Source: the human T2T-CHM13v2.0 reference genome, Homo sapiens
Assembly: GCA_009914755.4 (NCBI GenBank)
Contig: CP068257.2
Location: 42,656,001-42,720,000 of the forward strand
Length of the DNA: 64,000 nucleotides
Direction of reading: 5' to 3'
The translations under genes were made by a program, and so were the position numbers. Every line of letters starts with the position of its first letter. The first letter of the stretch is position 1. This document shows positions 25,413 through 42,195 of the stretch, in pieces. The notes under the pieces are model-generated. The model worked only from the letters and a program-made list of their open reading frames with translations, was not told the DNA's origin and made no database searches.

Positions 25413-26979
25413 TGCATCGGTCTCCGGAGAGCACAGCCTGCAGAACTCCTCAGAGAGAGGGGGGAGCAGCACCGAGCGGCCAGCCCAGTGGGCAGCAGCC
25501 CCAGGGGTGGAGGGCCCTCTGGCCAGTGCCTGGGCCAGGTCAAAGGGACATGTGCCCTGAGAGGCCACAGGTGCTCTTCAGGACTCCCTGGGGGCCACCA
25601 GGGTGACCTGAGCCCCTCCTGGTCCTCCCCTGGGGGCAGAAGGGTACAGCCTCACTCCTCTGTCTCCCCAACCTCAGCCTGAGTGGGGGTCTCCAACCTG
25701 CAGGCTGGTGGCTGGCTTGAGCCAGTATCCAGGAGACATTGATGGTGGACACGCAAGAGGGGAAAAGAAGGCAGCGCAGAGCTGCGCCCACCAGGGGCTA
25801 GGGCTGAGTCCTGCAGGCGGCTACGGGGTGGTGGACGCCCTGCTTGCAGGATGCCTGTTAACCTCAGCGTCGAAGCCTGCGCTCTGCATCATGAACGTGG
25901 GAGGTGCTTGCCCAAGAGGGCTGCTTCCTGCCCGCAGTGCCACCCTGGGGATGTGGTTTTGGGACACAGGAGGTGTCTCAAGGGAGACCCTGGCTTGGAG
26001 GGGCCTAAGGGCCACTTTGAGGGCCCCTGGGCAGTCTCCTGGTTGAGCTCAGGCCAGTGGGGTGGCCTAGGGACCTGGTGAAGGGGCTGGGGACCCTCTT
26101 GCCCTCGGGCACCTTGATATTCCCAAGAGCCCCTCACTGTGTTGGCCCTAGTGCCGGAGGCCTCCAGATTGCTTAACTCGAGCTGGGGTGGAGGGGCCCA
26201 CACCTAGTGGCCTTCTAGTTCATTCTGAGCTGGGCCATCCTGGGGCCAGGCCCAGGAGTGGACAGTTGTCCAAGGACAGTGCTCCGGGGTCTGCAGCTCT
26301 GTCTCAAAGGAAGAGAGAAACAGGTTCATAGGCCCAGGGAACCACACAGGCATGCTCTGGGGGCCTCCGTTGTGTCACACCGTCTGGGATCAGGACTCAG
26401 TTCTGAGTAGACCCCCTCGGCCTGCCCTGCCTGATGAGGTGTTAGAACCTGTTCAGCTGCCACTCAGCTGCTGCACCCAGGTGGTCGCCTGTGGCTGATG
26501 CCCGGGACAGTGGCTGCCTCCCTCCTGGGCGACGTGGTGTGGCGAGCGCCTGCGTCAGGCCCACTTCTGGCTGCGTGGAGTTGGCGTTTCTGGCATTTCG
26601 GGCAGAGTGACGCGACCTCCTGGGCCCTTGGTCCTCTCCTGTGAACTGGGTGAATGGGACAGAGTGTGATGCCAGTGCTGCTCGGCTTGAGAACCCATTT
26701 TTGGGGTGACTTGGGGAGGAGTGGAGTGGGACTGTGGGGTGCCCCGGGCTGGACGTGCTTCTGGCTGTCCTCCATGGCTGGGTGCATTGGGTGAGGAGGT
26801 GCCGGGAGGGGAACAGGCAGGAGGCGGCAATGGTGGGGACGGGGTAGGGGGAACCGTGGGGCTGAAGGCAGGCAGCTGCCCCCACAGGTCCCACCCAAGG
26901 TGTGCATGATGTGGGGCAGGAGGGCGCTGGTGTAAGCCCCGCATGTCCACGGCAGCCCATGTCGGGGGAAGTGGAAGGG

Positions 26980-29140
<2,161 letters not shown>

Positions 29141-29898
29141 CTACAGATGGCAGCTCCTGGAGAGCCCGGCACTTACTTCACCTGTGGGGCGCCCTCCCGG
29201 CACCCTGGGGCTCCCCAGCTGTAACACCTTCCACCCAGGGCTTCAGGGGCAGGGTGGGGGGCACCCGAACACACAAATGCCGGGGGAGAGCTCCTGACCA
29301 TGGGGTCAGGCCCTGTGCCGGATGGCAGATGCCTAACAGAGATCACATCCCGATGCCCCCACCACAGGCACCAGCAGCGGGTGTGATCTGCCAAGCAGGA
29401 GAGAAGTGCCCAGCTTCTGTCAAATGCGTTCGTGACCCGCTGCCAACTGCCCTGGGAGGCGCCGGCGTCTCACTGCAGAGTCAGCCCTGTGGCCCCTCCA
29501 CGGCCCCCAGGCCCAAGGCCATACGGGCACTGATGGCCGTGCCCACAAACCATTCCAGTCACTGTGGCCCTAGGCCACCCCCCCCACCAGGGGCTCCCTG
29601 CACCTCACGAGCTCTGGTGCTGTGAGCCTTCTCTGTGCCAGGGCACGGGGCCTGGCTCACCCCCTCTCCTGCTCCCTGGCACATCCGCTGTTGGGCAAAA
29701 CATGGACCTGCCACTGAAATCACTACCTGGGCACTGAGTCACTCCCAGAGAATATGGATGAGAACAGACACTCCCCCCGGATAATCCCTGTCCCTCACTT
29801 CCCAGAGACGCAGCTCACGGGAAGCCCCATTCACTCCCCGTGGGAGGACCCTGGGGGACAGGGATGGGCTGCGGAGTCCCCGCTGCCCTCCAGCCTCA

Positions 29899-30234
<336 letters not shown>

Positions 30235-30919
30235 TCACTGTCCCATCCCCAGCCTGGCACAGGCTGACACACAACAGATGGTGGAGGGCTGCTCAGGAAT
30301 CTCAACACCAGCCTTGGCCAGAAGCAAATACTCCTCAAAACCTCAACTACGACACAATAGAAAAAGGAACAGACCATATTGAATTTATTCCATTTCTCTC
30401 ATATATCAATTTCCCTGAAGTTTATATTATTAATATCAATAAAATTGTCTGGGAGAAAATAGTGGTGTCCGTATACCTGACAAGGATGAGACACTAGTGT
30501 GCTGAGAATGCCAAGGATGAACAAACAGCATGAAACCACAGCCTGGAAAACTGTGTCGGTGCTGGCGCTGGCTAGAGGAGGCACGAGCGCCTCCAATAGG
30601 TGGAGCGCAGCAGCAGGCACTGCGGTGCTGGGACGGCCCCTCCCCACGGCAGGGGCGCGATGGCACCGCCACCCTAGGTTCACAGTGGCCCGTGGAGCCT
30701 GCCCAGTCCCTGTGGACCAGTGCGATGCTGCTTGCCAGATACTGACGCCCCCGCTCGCCATGGCGCATGGCGATGGTCAGAGCAGGGCTGCTACTCACAG
30801 AAGCAAAAGAAGGAACCCTTTTGCTTTGCTACCAGGTCCTGCGGTCGTTGGGGGATACCCAAACTGTCAGTCCCAGGAGGGACCCTACGCTGCGCTGCTG
30901 CATTCGGGTGGCGGGATCA

Positions 30920-31339
<420 letters not shown>

Positions 31340-32519
31340 TCAGCGAGGGACGTGGCCAGGGCCCCCAGGGCCACCTCTCAATCCCCACCCCCAGTAAAAG
31401 GCACTCATGGGACCTGTGTCCCTGCCCTCTCCTGAGAAGCCTAAATCGGATGTCACAAGTCACGTGCAGCAGGACCTGGGCCGAGGAGAGAGCTGTAGGA
31501 AGGCCAGGCCCTGAACTCAAAGGCGGACTGGGGTGGACCCCACCAGCAACAGCCCCTTGGCCCGACGCTCCACATCAGCTCCTCAGGGCGCTAGAGTGCG
31601 GGAGGTGGGGGATGTGGCCCTCCTTCACAGGTGAGGAAAATTAAGGCCTCTCAGGGGACATATCATGTTGCCCCAAAGCAGGGAGCGGCCAGAAAAACTC
31701 ATGGCAAAAACTAGGAGCCAGCTCCACGTGACATGGGAGTGAGCACGGACCTTCCAAACCCCCACTTGAGGGCGGCAACACTGGGGATGGGCCTCATTTC
31801 CATTCTACAGAACGTGGACGCGTCAGAGAAGAGAAACAGCAGGCCTGGAGCGGGGACCTGCAGGCTTTACCCTGCAGCGTGGGGTCCGTCCCCTCCACAA
31901 GCGAACACGCGGAGCCGCTCCCGCAGGCCCTCAAAGGCGCGGAGCCAGGGCCCCCTGCCTGGAGGGCTGCACTCGCGTCCGGCAGGCGCCTCAGAAGGGC
32001 GGTCACCAGGCCCCCATGGGCAGCCTGCCGTCCTGAGCCCCCCTCCCCATGCCATCCCTTCACTCGGGGTTTCCCAGGTCTCATGCAGCTCCTAGCTATG
32101 AGGCCGCCCCATTTTACCAAGAGCAAAACTCCGGCTGTGGGACTCTTTCCAGGATGGGGTCTGCCTCAGGCACAGGCAGCAGCGTGATGTACCGACCGCG
32201 TCCGCGGCCTCGAGGCTTCCTGCTCCGCTCCAGTGCAGTCAGGCGTGCAGGCACCACGCACCTGAGCTCGGTCAACACCCCTGGGGTCCTGTCCCTCCCG
32301 AGATGTGACAGAAATGGCCCCACACACGAGCGGCCTGATGCTCGGAGGCCCTGTGGCCCCTGGGTGACTCAGTGAGCGGCAGGGATAGGGCTGGATCCAC
32401 AGCCCCGCCCCAAGCTTCCTGCCACCGTGGGAACCACAAGCTCCACGTTTCCCTGTCAGGTAAGCCTTTCGGAGGCAGGCCTGAAATCCCAGCCTCACTG
32501 TGTCGCCTGACTAGTGAAA

Positions 32520-32665
32520 CGAGCCCCGCGGCAGGCACGCGCACCCCCCCTCAACCTCTGGGCGGGCACGCGCACCCCCCCTCAACCTCTGGGCGGGCAC
32601 GCGCACCCCCCCCCCCCCCCCCCCCCCGCTCAACCTCTGGGCGGGCACGCGCACCCCTGCTCAAC
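32520..32665. repeat. 33-bp tandem repeat x 4 containing a C25 homopolymer (G25 on the CFAP410 coding strand) in CFAP410 intron 4
   Basis: (gcacgcgcaccccccctcaacctctgggcgg)n with cccccccccccccccccccccccc at about 32608-32634. Confidence 0.9.
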
Positions 32666-33851
32666 CTCTGGACTCGGGCTCCATCTCCTCCTCATCTCCC
32701 TGTGGGGTGGGCACTTGTAATACCTCCATGTTACAGAAAGGAAACTGAGGCACAGAGAGGGCCATGCCTCGCCCAAGGTTAGCCAGCCAATAGATGGGAG
32801 GGCTGAGATTTGACCCATGAGCATGCCTCCAAGCCCATTTCATTCATTCAGCAAGGCTCGGGCAGGACAGGCTGGTGCCCGCGCTGGGGATGCCTGAACA
32901 CCAGATGGACTGGCCTCAGCCCATGGCGGGCAGCAGGCTGGGCACGGGCATCAACATGGCAATGCCAACCTCAGAGGGCATTACGGAGGATGGGCAGGGG
33001 CTGGCCTACCCCGTGGCTGCCTGTGAGATCAAGAAGGTAGGTCACAGTCAGGGACCAGGGGCCTGCAATACCCACTCTCAGAGGGCAAGCCCTAGAGACT
33101 TCTGAGCTGCCAGAGGGGTGGGCCTTCCCCACAGGGTTTAAACCCTTGTGAGCTTTTAAATGCGGAAACCCACAGAAGGCGCCCATCCAGCGTCTGGTGG
33201 GCAGTGGTGAGCCATGAGCGTCTGCTCCCTCCGTGGGTCCCACAGTAGGCAGGAGGGAATTCAGGGATAAAGGGAGCTCTTCTCTTCCCCAGAGCCCCCA
33301 AATACACCCCAACTGCCTGAAAGTCCAGTAACATTTGTTCATTCAAGCTTCCCTTAGTCTGCTGGGAGGGCAGTGACCCCAGAAGACGGGCACAGGTCAT
33401 GGGGTGCAGAGAAACTGGTAGGCAGTGGTGGCACTGGGGGGCAGAAGAGGCCAGGACTCTGGGGGTCCCAGGGCAGATGTGGCCACCGTGGGGGCGGCCA
33501 GGGCGGGCCACCGTGAATCCTTAGGAGGGCTCCACCACCGACTGGCCCAGTGAACACAGCAATGGCTTATCGGAGCACACAGGCCAAGGGTGGGCAGGCG
33601 TACAGCAGGGCAGGCAGGGGACAGGAGCCATCAGGAGGCCCAGGTGAGGCTCTGAGGAAGGAGGGCTGAACATGGGGGCCACAGGGTAGGCCCAGCTCTC
33701 GCTGTCCCGGCCCCTCCCCTTCTGGAAGCCGCCCTCAGTCTGTGTTGGAGGTTTCCAGGTTATGTCACAGTGCTGGGTCCCACTGGAGGGACGTGAGGCT
33801 CTGCCCCGGCTTCCAGGCCCCAGGCTGAGCATGACAGCAGGAGCGAGGTAC

Positions 33852-33898
33852 CTGAGCGTGATCACCTCCAGGCTGGGCATCTCCTGGCAAATGGAGAT
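33852..33898 (-). CDS. CFAP410: CFAP410 exon 3 (ISICQEMPSLEVITLS)
   Basis: Minus strand ttttcctcctag|ATCTCCATTTGCCAG...ACGCTCAG|gtacct; 47 nt. Confidence 0.88.
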
Positions 33899-33999
33899 CT
33901 AGGAGGAAAAGAACATGACTAGCAAGCATGGCACAGCAGGGCATCGCGGCCGCACTGCCATCAGCCACAGAGAACTGTCGAAGCCACGGCCAACCCACT

Positions 34000-34260
34000 T
34001 CCGGGGCCTGAGGGGCACGGCCTTACTCAGCCAGTGTGCCCAGGGTGAATGCCCAGGGCCTGAGGGGAGCGGCCCTGCTCAGCCAGTGTGCCCAGGGTGA
34101 ATGCCCAGGGCCTGAGGGGAGCGGCCCTGCTCAGCCAGTGTGCCCAGGGTGAATGCCCAGGGCCTGAGGGGAGCGGCCCTGCTCAGCCAGTGTGCCCAGG
34201 GTGAATGCCCAGGGCCTGAGGGGAGCGGCCCTGCTCAGCCAGTGTGCCCAGGATGAATGC
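34000..34260. repeat. 49/50-bp tandem repeat x about 5 in CFAP410 intron 2
   Basis: (ccagtgtgcccagggtgaatgcccagggcctgaggggagcggccctgctcag)n. Confidence 0.9.
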
Positions 34261-34895
34261 CCACGAGTATGCCAGGTTCTCCTCTGACACCACCTTGCAG
34301 CCCAGACGCCCCGCAGACTGAAGGAGAAATGTGAGGCTCCTCCTTGCACGCACTCTGTCTTTATTAAATTTTACGACAGCATCGTTGCTGTCAGATGCTG
34401 CCAGCAGTGGAGACAGAGCATTCATTACTTTAGATGCCCTCAAAGGACATCAGGTAAGGGGACCCCAATGTCCCCTACGCAGGGATAGAAAGCAAGGAAA
34501 GGATGGAAATCCCTTCTTGATAACAGGTCTAGGCCAAAAGGAAGACAGGCTTGAGACTGGATCTCAGATCACATTGGTACTGTCAATTCAGGGGTGAGGT
34601 GCCCGGGGTGGTCCACAAAGCCTCACAACCTGCAAAGCTCCCACATATGTGAGAGCCCACCATACGCCAGGCATGGCACCAGCAGCTCACAGCCTGGTCA
34701 GATGCGTCCCATGTATAAGTGACTCGTGTCTATGGACATGGTACGTTTGTATATTCACTGCTAAACATGCAGTATTTCAGTTACAGCACAAAACAGATTA
34801 CACCCAGATGCCACGTATCCAGGCTTTTTTTTGTCTTTAAGAAAAGGTACAGTTCAAATTAAAAAAACAAAGGAAAATAAAGAGATAAATAATTG

Positions 34896-35195
34896 CGCTG
34901 GACATGGTGGCTCATACCTGTAATTCCAATACTTTGCGAGGCTGAGGCAGGTGGATCACCTGAACTCAGGGGGTTTGAGACCAGCCTGGCCGACACAGTG
35001 AAACTCCATCTCTACTAAAAAGTACAAAAATTAGCCAGGCATGGTGGTGGGTGCCTGTAGTCCCAGCTACTCAAAGGCTGAGGCAGGAAAATTGCTTGAA
35101 CCCGGGAGGCGGAGGTTGCAGTGAGCCAAGATCGTGCCACTGTACTCCAGCCTGGGCAACAGAGAGAGACTCCGTGTAAAAAAAAAAAAAAAAGA
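34896..35195 (+). mobile_element. Alu SINE in CFAP410 intron 2
   Basis: gcgctggacatggtggctcatacctgtaattccaatactttgcgaggctgagg ... poly(A). Confidence 0.9.
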
Positions 35196-35742
35196 AAGAA
35201 ACAATTGGTATGCGATCCCTGTGTAAGTTGGGGACATTTTGGACTGAGAAAGACAATGAGGGAGAGAAGAAAAAAATCTTTCACAGACGCACACACTCAA
35301 GTTCTCCCAGCAGGGCTTATTCTCTGCCTGCCTTTGGGGCAGCGGCAAGGGGGTACAAGGCTAGATGTGACCAAGAAGAGGGGGTGTAGACCTTCAACTT
35401 CCCCGTAACAAAGTAAAACAAGCCCTCCTGGGATTCCTTTCCAGGTGAGAGCAAGTTCCAAACTATTGCTCCCCTCCTCTGCGACCAAGTGACAAAGGGT
35501 GTTTCATTTATAGGGATGTTGACGGGAACTGCAAAATAAGCCTGGCACTAGAGAATTGTTTTTCCATTAGTGGTTCTGCAGAATGAAAACCGCTAAGTGA
35601 ACAAAGTACCAAGTGTGGGACTGAATTGATAGGTGCAGTTTTGTCAACTTAAAAATTCTCTTGGGAAAGAAGCTACAACATTTGGGTTGAGGCTATTTGG
35701 AGATGATCAGTGCAATACTTACATCTGTGAGGCAATACTTAC

Positions 35743-35761
35743 ATCTGTGAGGCGGCTGCCC
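35743..35761 (-). CDS. CFAP410: CFAP410 exon 2, 19-nt microexon (G|GSRLTD)
   Basis: Minus strand tctccccag|GGGCAGCCGCCTCACAGAT|gtaagtatt. It is needed to keep exon 1 (ending TG-) in frame with exon 3 (starting ATC); without it the TG+A junction would create a stop codon. Confidence 0.85.
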
Positions 35762-36845
35762 CTGGGGAGAGAAAAGATACATACTTTAATTTTGTTAAAG
35801 TTGAATAAAAAACACTGAAGACAAAAATTCCAAAAATCACCGATGACTCCCTACAAACCTTAAGATTCTAGGATTTTAATGGCATGGCAAAAAAGGAAGG
35901 TTGCCCAGATAACTGGCAAAGGTGTAAACAATTGTTTTAGCTGATTTTCAACTAAACTGTATGTTTGACGTTGGGGTGGTACTTTTTAGATAAGGAGCAG
36001 CAGGGTTGCTCCATTTGTAAGACACAAAAAGATGAACTCTTCCTCATGGTCCCTGAGTAGCAGAAGGTTCATTTCTCTCACTGACAGACATAAACAAGGG
36101 CGTCTTTATAAGAGGCCAAGTTCAAAGGGTGAACAGGCAACTTATGAAGCAAACTTTAAAAGCCTGAAACAGGGTTGTTGTTTCTCCCAGCTTAGTGGGA
36201 GTACTGACCACCCCATGCAAAACAAAGAAATGCATTATTGAAAGCAAATGACACGGGAATTGTAGCCAAAACACCAGATATGCCAGGGCAGAGAGAAAAG
36301 CTTTTTAATTAACAGGGAAGAGCTCACTCTGGGCAGTCTGCGGACACCCCTGGGAGGAAGCGTCTGCTCTCGCTGACCCCCACACCCGCCTGCACGGTGA
36401 GGCCAGTTGACACGGCGCGGTCACTCTGCTGAGTCCCCAGGGAACCCTGGAGATCTTGCAGGCCTCAACTCCAGGCTCCCTCTTCTGGAAGCTCCTGGTC
36501 TTCCTTGGCTCAGTGAGACTCAGCATTACCTGCCTTTCAGCCTGCCTGGGTCCCACCGCACCCACGTCCCTTCCTGTCACCTGCTAGGAGTACCCTGGGA
36601 ACGGCCGCCCCCAGTACTGATTACCAACGTGTTTCCTGACTCAGTCCTGGAAAGCTCAGTTCTCTCTCCTATTCGACTTGGTCCCAGTGACTGCTGGCAA
36701 CCCCAGACAACAGACCCAGCCCACAGGGCACCCGGGGCAAAGGCGGGCCGGGAAATGGGGGGGGGCCCAGGCGACCCCGACCCCCGGCCTCCTCCCCTCC
36801 CTCACCCGCGGCTCCTTCGCCGCCCTCGCCCCTGCCCCTCCCCCC

Positions 36846-37180
36846 TTCCACTCCGCCCCCGCCCCGCCCCGCCCCGGCTCCTCCCTCCGGCTCCGCCCTC
36901 GTCCCGCCCCGGCTCCTCCCTCCGGCTCCGCCCTCGTCCCGCCCCGGCTCCTCCCTCCGGCTCCGCCCTCGTCCCGCCCCGGCTCCTCCCTCCGGCTCCG
37001 CCCTCTCCCCGCCCCGGCTCCGCCCTCTCCCCGCCCCGGCTCCGCCCTCTCCCCGCCCCGGCTCCTCCCTCCGGCTCCGCCCTCGTCCCGCCCCGGCTCC
37101 TCCCTCCGGCTCCGCCCTCTCCCCGCCCCGGCTCCTCCCTCCGGCTCCGCCCTCGCCCCGCCCCGGCTCCTCCCCCCACC
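36846..37180. repeat. GC-box VNTR: 35-bp unit (with 22-bp variants) x about 10 in CFAP410 intron 1, starting 30 bp downstream of the exon 1 donor
   Basis: (cggctcctccctccggctccgccctcgtcccgccc)n; the minus strand reads GGGCGGGACGAGGGCGGAGCCGGAGGGAGGAGCCG, which gives two Sp1-type GGGCGG boxes per unit. Confidence 0.9.
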
Positions 37181-37210
37181 CCGGGGCGGCCGCGGCCAGG
37201 CCCCGCCTCA

Positions 37211-37438
<228 letters not shown>

Positions 37439-37929
37439 CGCGAGCCCGCTGGGGCCGCTTGGGCGCCGCTGACACGTTGGCTCTGCTCCTGCTCATGCGC
37501 GGCCTGGGGCGCCCTTCTCTGACGCGATTCTAACGCGACCCCGGAAGCGCGCAGCGAGCAGAGGGTGGGTGCAGGTGGCGGTCCCCGAGTCGGCCCAGTG
37601 AGGGCTGAACTGCTGCTCCCAGGAACCGAGCGGGGTGGGCTCGGTCCGACGCGCATCATGGCCGAGTGCCTAGGCCTGACTCTGAGCGCAGGCCTAACGT
37701 GGATGGCATGGGCGCTACACGGCTCCAAGTTACGCGATTCAAACTCTTGGAATAAACCCAGGGCAGCCCTGGGGCTGTGTTGATTCCTTGTCTCCCTCCC
37801 TCCCAGCATTTACAGAAAAGACGCATTTATAGGAAAGACGCACGGGCAGGTCCAGCAGAGCCCTTACAAGCATTTCAACCTTTTAGAAATCAGATAAGAC
37901 CCTCTAAACATCGTTACATGGGCCACAGT

Positions 37930-39200
37930 TACATTAAGACAGGCGTTCTGACGTTCTGAAACCGCCTTTGCAAAAAATTGTATCGGTGAGAGAAGGTTGG
38001 CCTTGAAGGAGATCTGGCCAACCCCCATCTTGCCTTTGGCCTTAAAACTGCCCTTAATTATTCCTGGATAAGCAAAGGTAACTTTGGGAGACATTTATAG
38101 TTTAAGTGATAGCAGCCCTTCCTCAAAACTAAACAGCCTTTGTAAAGCTAATGAGACCACTGAAACCGCCTTTGCAAAAATCATAACTGAAGAAATTATG
38201 ACAGGGGAAGATCTCCTCACCCACCCCATCTTCCTGCTATCCTCTAAGCTGCTTTTGTTCATTCCTGGGTGTAGACCAGACTAGCCTTGGGAAGGAATTT
38301 AGTTTATAGATTAAACTGAAACAAAATTGATAATAGCCCTTTCCCAAAAAAACCCTTCTTGCCTGGGGACCAGTCTGCCTTTGTAGGACTAACAAATTAA
38401 GCTACGAGATTAAAAATTACAGTTTAGGGGCCATGCAACCTCTGGCGGCAAGAGTCTGAACCTCCCCAAATTGCTTCTGGGAATAACATCACTGTTGCAA
38501 AACTTAAGGTCAGTGCTTGAAATATTTTGTAGACCCTGCATTCAGATGCAGCAGATGACACCACCCAAACGGATAATCTGGCTCAACCATGTGTGTGATC
38601 CCACCCAGGGACAGAAGTCAGCCAGAACTCATTTTGACCCCCTATGATTTAATCTTCGACCTGACCAATCAGCACTCACCACTTTCTGAGCCCATACCCG
38701 CCAAATTATCCTTAAAAACACGGATCCCCGAATGCTTGGGGAGACTGATTTGAGTGATAATAAAACTCTGCTCTCCTGCACAGCCAGCTCTGTGTGTATT
38801 ACTCTTTCTCCATTGCAATTCCGTTGCCTTGATAAATCGGTTCTGTCTAGGCAGTGGGCAAGGCGAACCCATTGGGCGGTTACACTACCAGCCTAGAAGG
38901 ATAGAGGAGCATGAATTCCACTAAGATGCAGATGTAAACATTCGTCAGCCATTATTCTGGAGGTCACAAGATAAGCTACTTCCCCAATTACTCCTGCAGG
39001 TAACATCACTATTGTACCTTTGCAGGTTTCTTGCATGTCTCACACGGATGGATCCAGCTAAATGTCTTGCCAACAGCTCCTGTGGCCCCACCCAGAAGCC
39101 ATGCAGCACAAAAGGACCAAAAGGACAGCTAGATTTCATCTCGCACCTAACCAATCAGCACTCCCCATGCCCTAGCCCCCTGTTCACCAAACTACCTTTG
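37930..39200. mobile_element. ERV-derived LTR sequences (two LTR-like copies with a ccaatcagcac motif and an AATAAAactc signal; internal 210-bp direct repeat)
   Basis: The motif ctgaccaatcagcactcac...aataaaactctgctctcc recurs as cctaaccaatcagcactcc; ctgaaaccgcctttgcaaaaa occurs at 37950 and again at 38165. Confidence 0.5.
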
Positions 39201-39421
39201 AACAACCCCTAACCCATGAGCCTTCAATTGTAACCGAGCAGCTTAGCAGCTGTGAATCCAAAATATCTGAGACAGGACTCAATCTGTTTAGAAAGTTTAT
39301 TTTGTCAAGGTTAAGGACAAGCCCATGACACAGCCTCAGGAGGTCCTGATGACATGTGCCCTGGGTGGCTGGGGCACAGCTTGCTTTCATACATTTTTAG
39401 GGAGACATGAGACATCAATCA

Positions 39422-40276
<855 letters not shown>

Positions 40277-41502
40277 TCATCGGTGGATAAGAGACAAAAG
40301 ATTGCATTCTTTTGAGTCCTTTCACTGAATACACAATTTGGTCTAGCTTAGTAAATCTGCATTTTTACATAAACAATAAGGCAGAGAAAGCAAACAGATA
40401 GGCATGTGTCTCCGGTGAGCAGGGGGATGACCTCCTGTCCCACACCTGTGAAGATCAGCTATCAGTTTACATTCCAGGGTGAAATTCAACAGAACTGTTT
40501 GAGGGTAAAGATCTTGAGGCCCACAAGGAATTTCCTTGTGGGCAAATTGTGAGGGAGCTTCATAGCTTTTTATCTTTGTAGCGATCTTATTTAGGAATAA
40601 AATTGGAGGCAGGTTTGCCTGATGCATTTTCCAGCTGACTTTTCCCTTGACTTAGTGATTTTAAGGTCTTGAGCTTTATATTCCTTTCACACAGCTAAGC
40701 CTCAAACCATGTTTTAAAACTTTTTCCCCTTTCCCCTTTCCTCCTCCTCCACCCTAGTCTGAAGATGTAACTGAGACAAGCTGCTTGTGTTACCTTCCAT
40801 CTTGAAATACAGCCTGGGAATGTGAACCTCCACTCCGTTCCCATCCTGTGCTCTCAGGCCTTATGCACATTTAGTTTACCTGGATGCCTGTTAAGCACAC
40901 ACCATGCTCACTTATCTGGTCATCTCTTTGCTTGGAAGCTTCAGGGGTCAGCTCCTGAAAGGGACCGGACACCTCATTCTGTCTCCAACAAGATTACTTC
41001 AAGGCCAGAACTCACTCTCGGCCTTGAAGTAATTGAGGACTAAACTCTGATTTTTCTTTTTTTATCTTGCCCAAATTCCTAAAGGGCATGGACAGTCATG
41101 CCCTACAAACCATAAATTCTCATCAGATGGGTTTTATTTAACCTTCTATATCGTGGTGTTGACAAAAAGAGTCAAACTCTGTAAAATATTTTAAGAGATT
41201 TATTCTGAGCCAGATATGAATGACCATGGCCCGTGACGCAGCCCTCAGGAAATCCTGAGAACATGTGTCCAAGGTGGTCGGGGCACAGCTTGGTTTTTTA
41301 CTTTTTAGGAAGGCATGAGACAGCAATCTAATACATTTAAGAAATACGTTGGTTTGATTCAGAAAGGCGGGACAACTCAAAGTGGGGGCTTCCAGGCTAT
41401 CGGTGAATTTAAACATTTTCTGGTTGACGGTTGAGTTTGTCTAAAGACCTGGGATCCATAGAAAGGAAATGCTCAGGTTCAGATAAAAGACTGTGGAGAC
41501 CG

Positions 41503-41810
<308 letters not shown>

Positions 41811-42195
41811 TTAATGGCTGCCCTTAGAGACAATCGATGACGAATGTTTCCTGTTCACACCTTTAAAAGGTGCTAGACTCTCAGTTAATCTCGTCAGGAT
41901 TGGGAGGGCCTGGAAGAAAAAGATCAAGCTATGTGAATAGAGATTCCTTCCAGATGCACATTTTCTCCCACAAAGGACGGCTTTGCAGGAGCGTCTCAAA
42001 ATATGGCAGGAAACATGTTTCGGGGTAAAATATTTTGATTTTATTCCTTGTCATGTTATGCCAGAGTCAGATTGGAAAGTAAGTTATGACATATAGGGTT
42101 AAATAAAACCCGTCTGATGAGAATTTATGGTTTGTAGGGCATGACTCTCCATATCCCTTAGATAGGAATAGAGGCAAGAAAAAAAATCAGAGCTG

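Noticed and set aside
30350-30500. AT-rich segment that superficially resembles a LINE fragment
   Set aside because: It is too short and degenerate to classify from sequence alone and has no diagnostic termini, so it is not reported as a feature.
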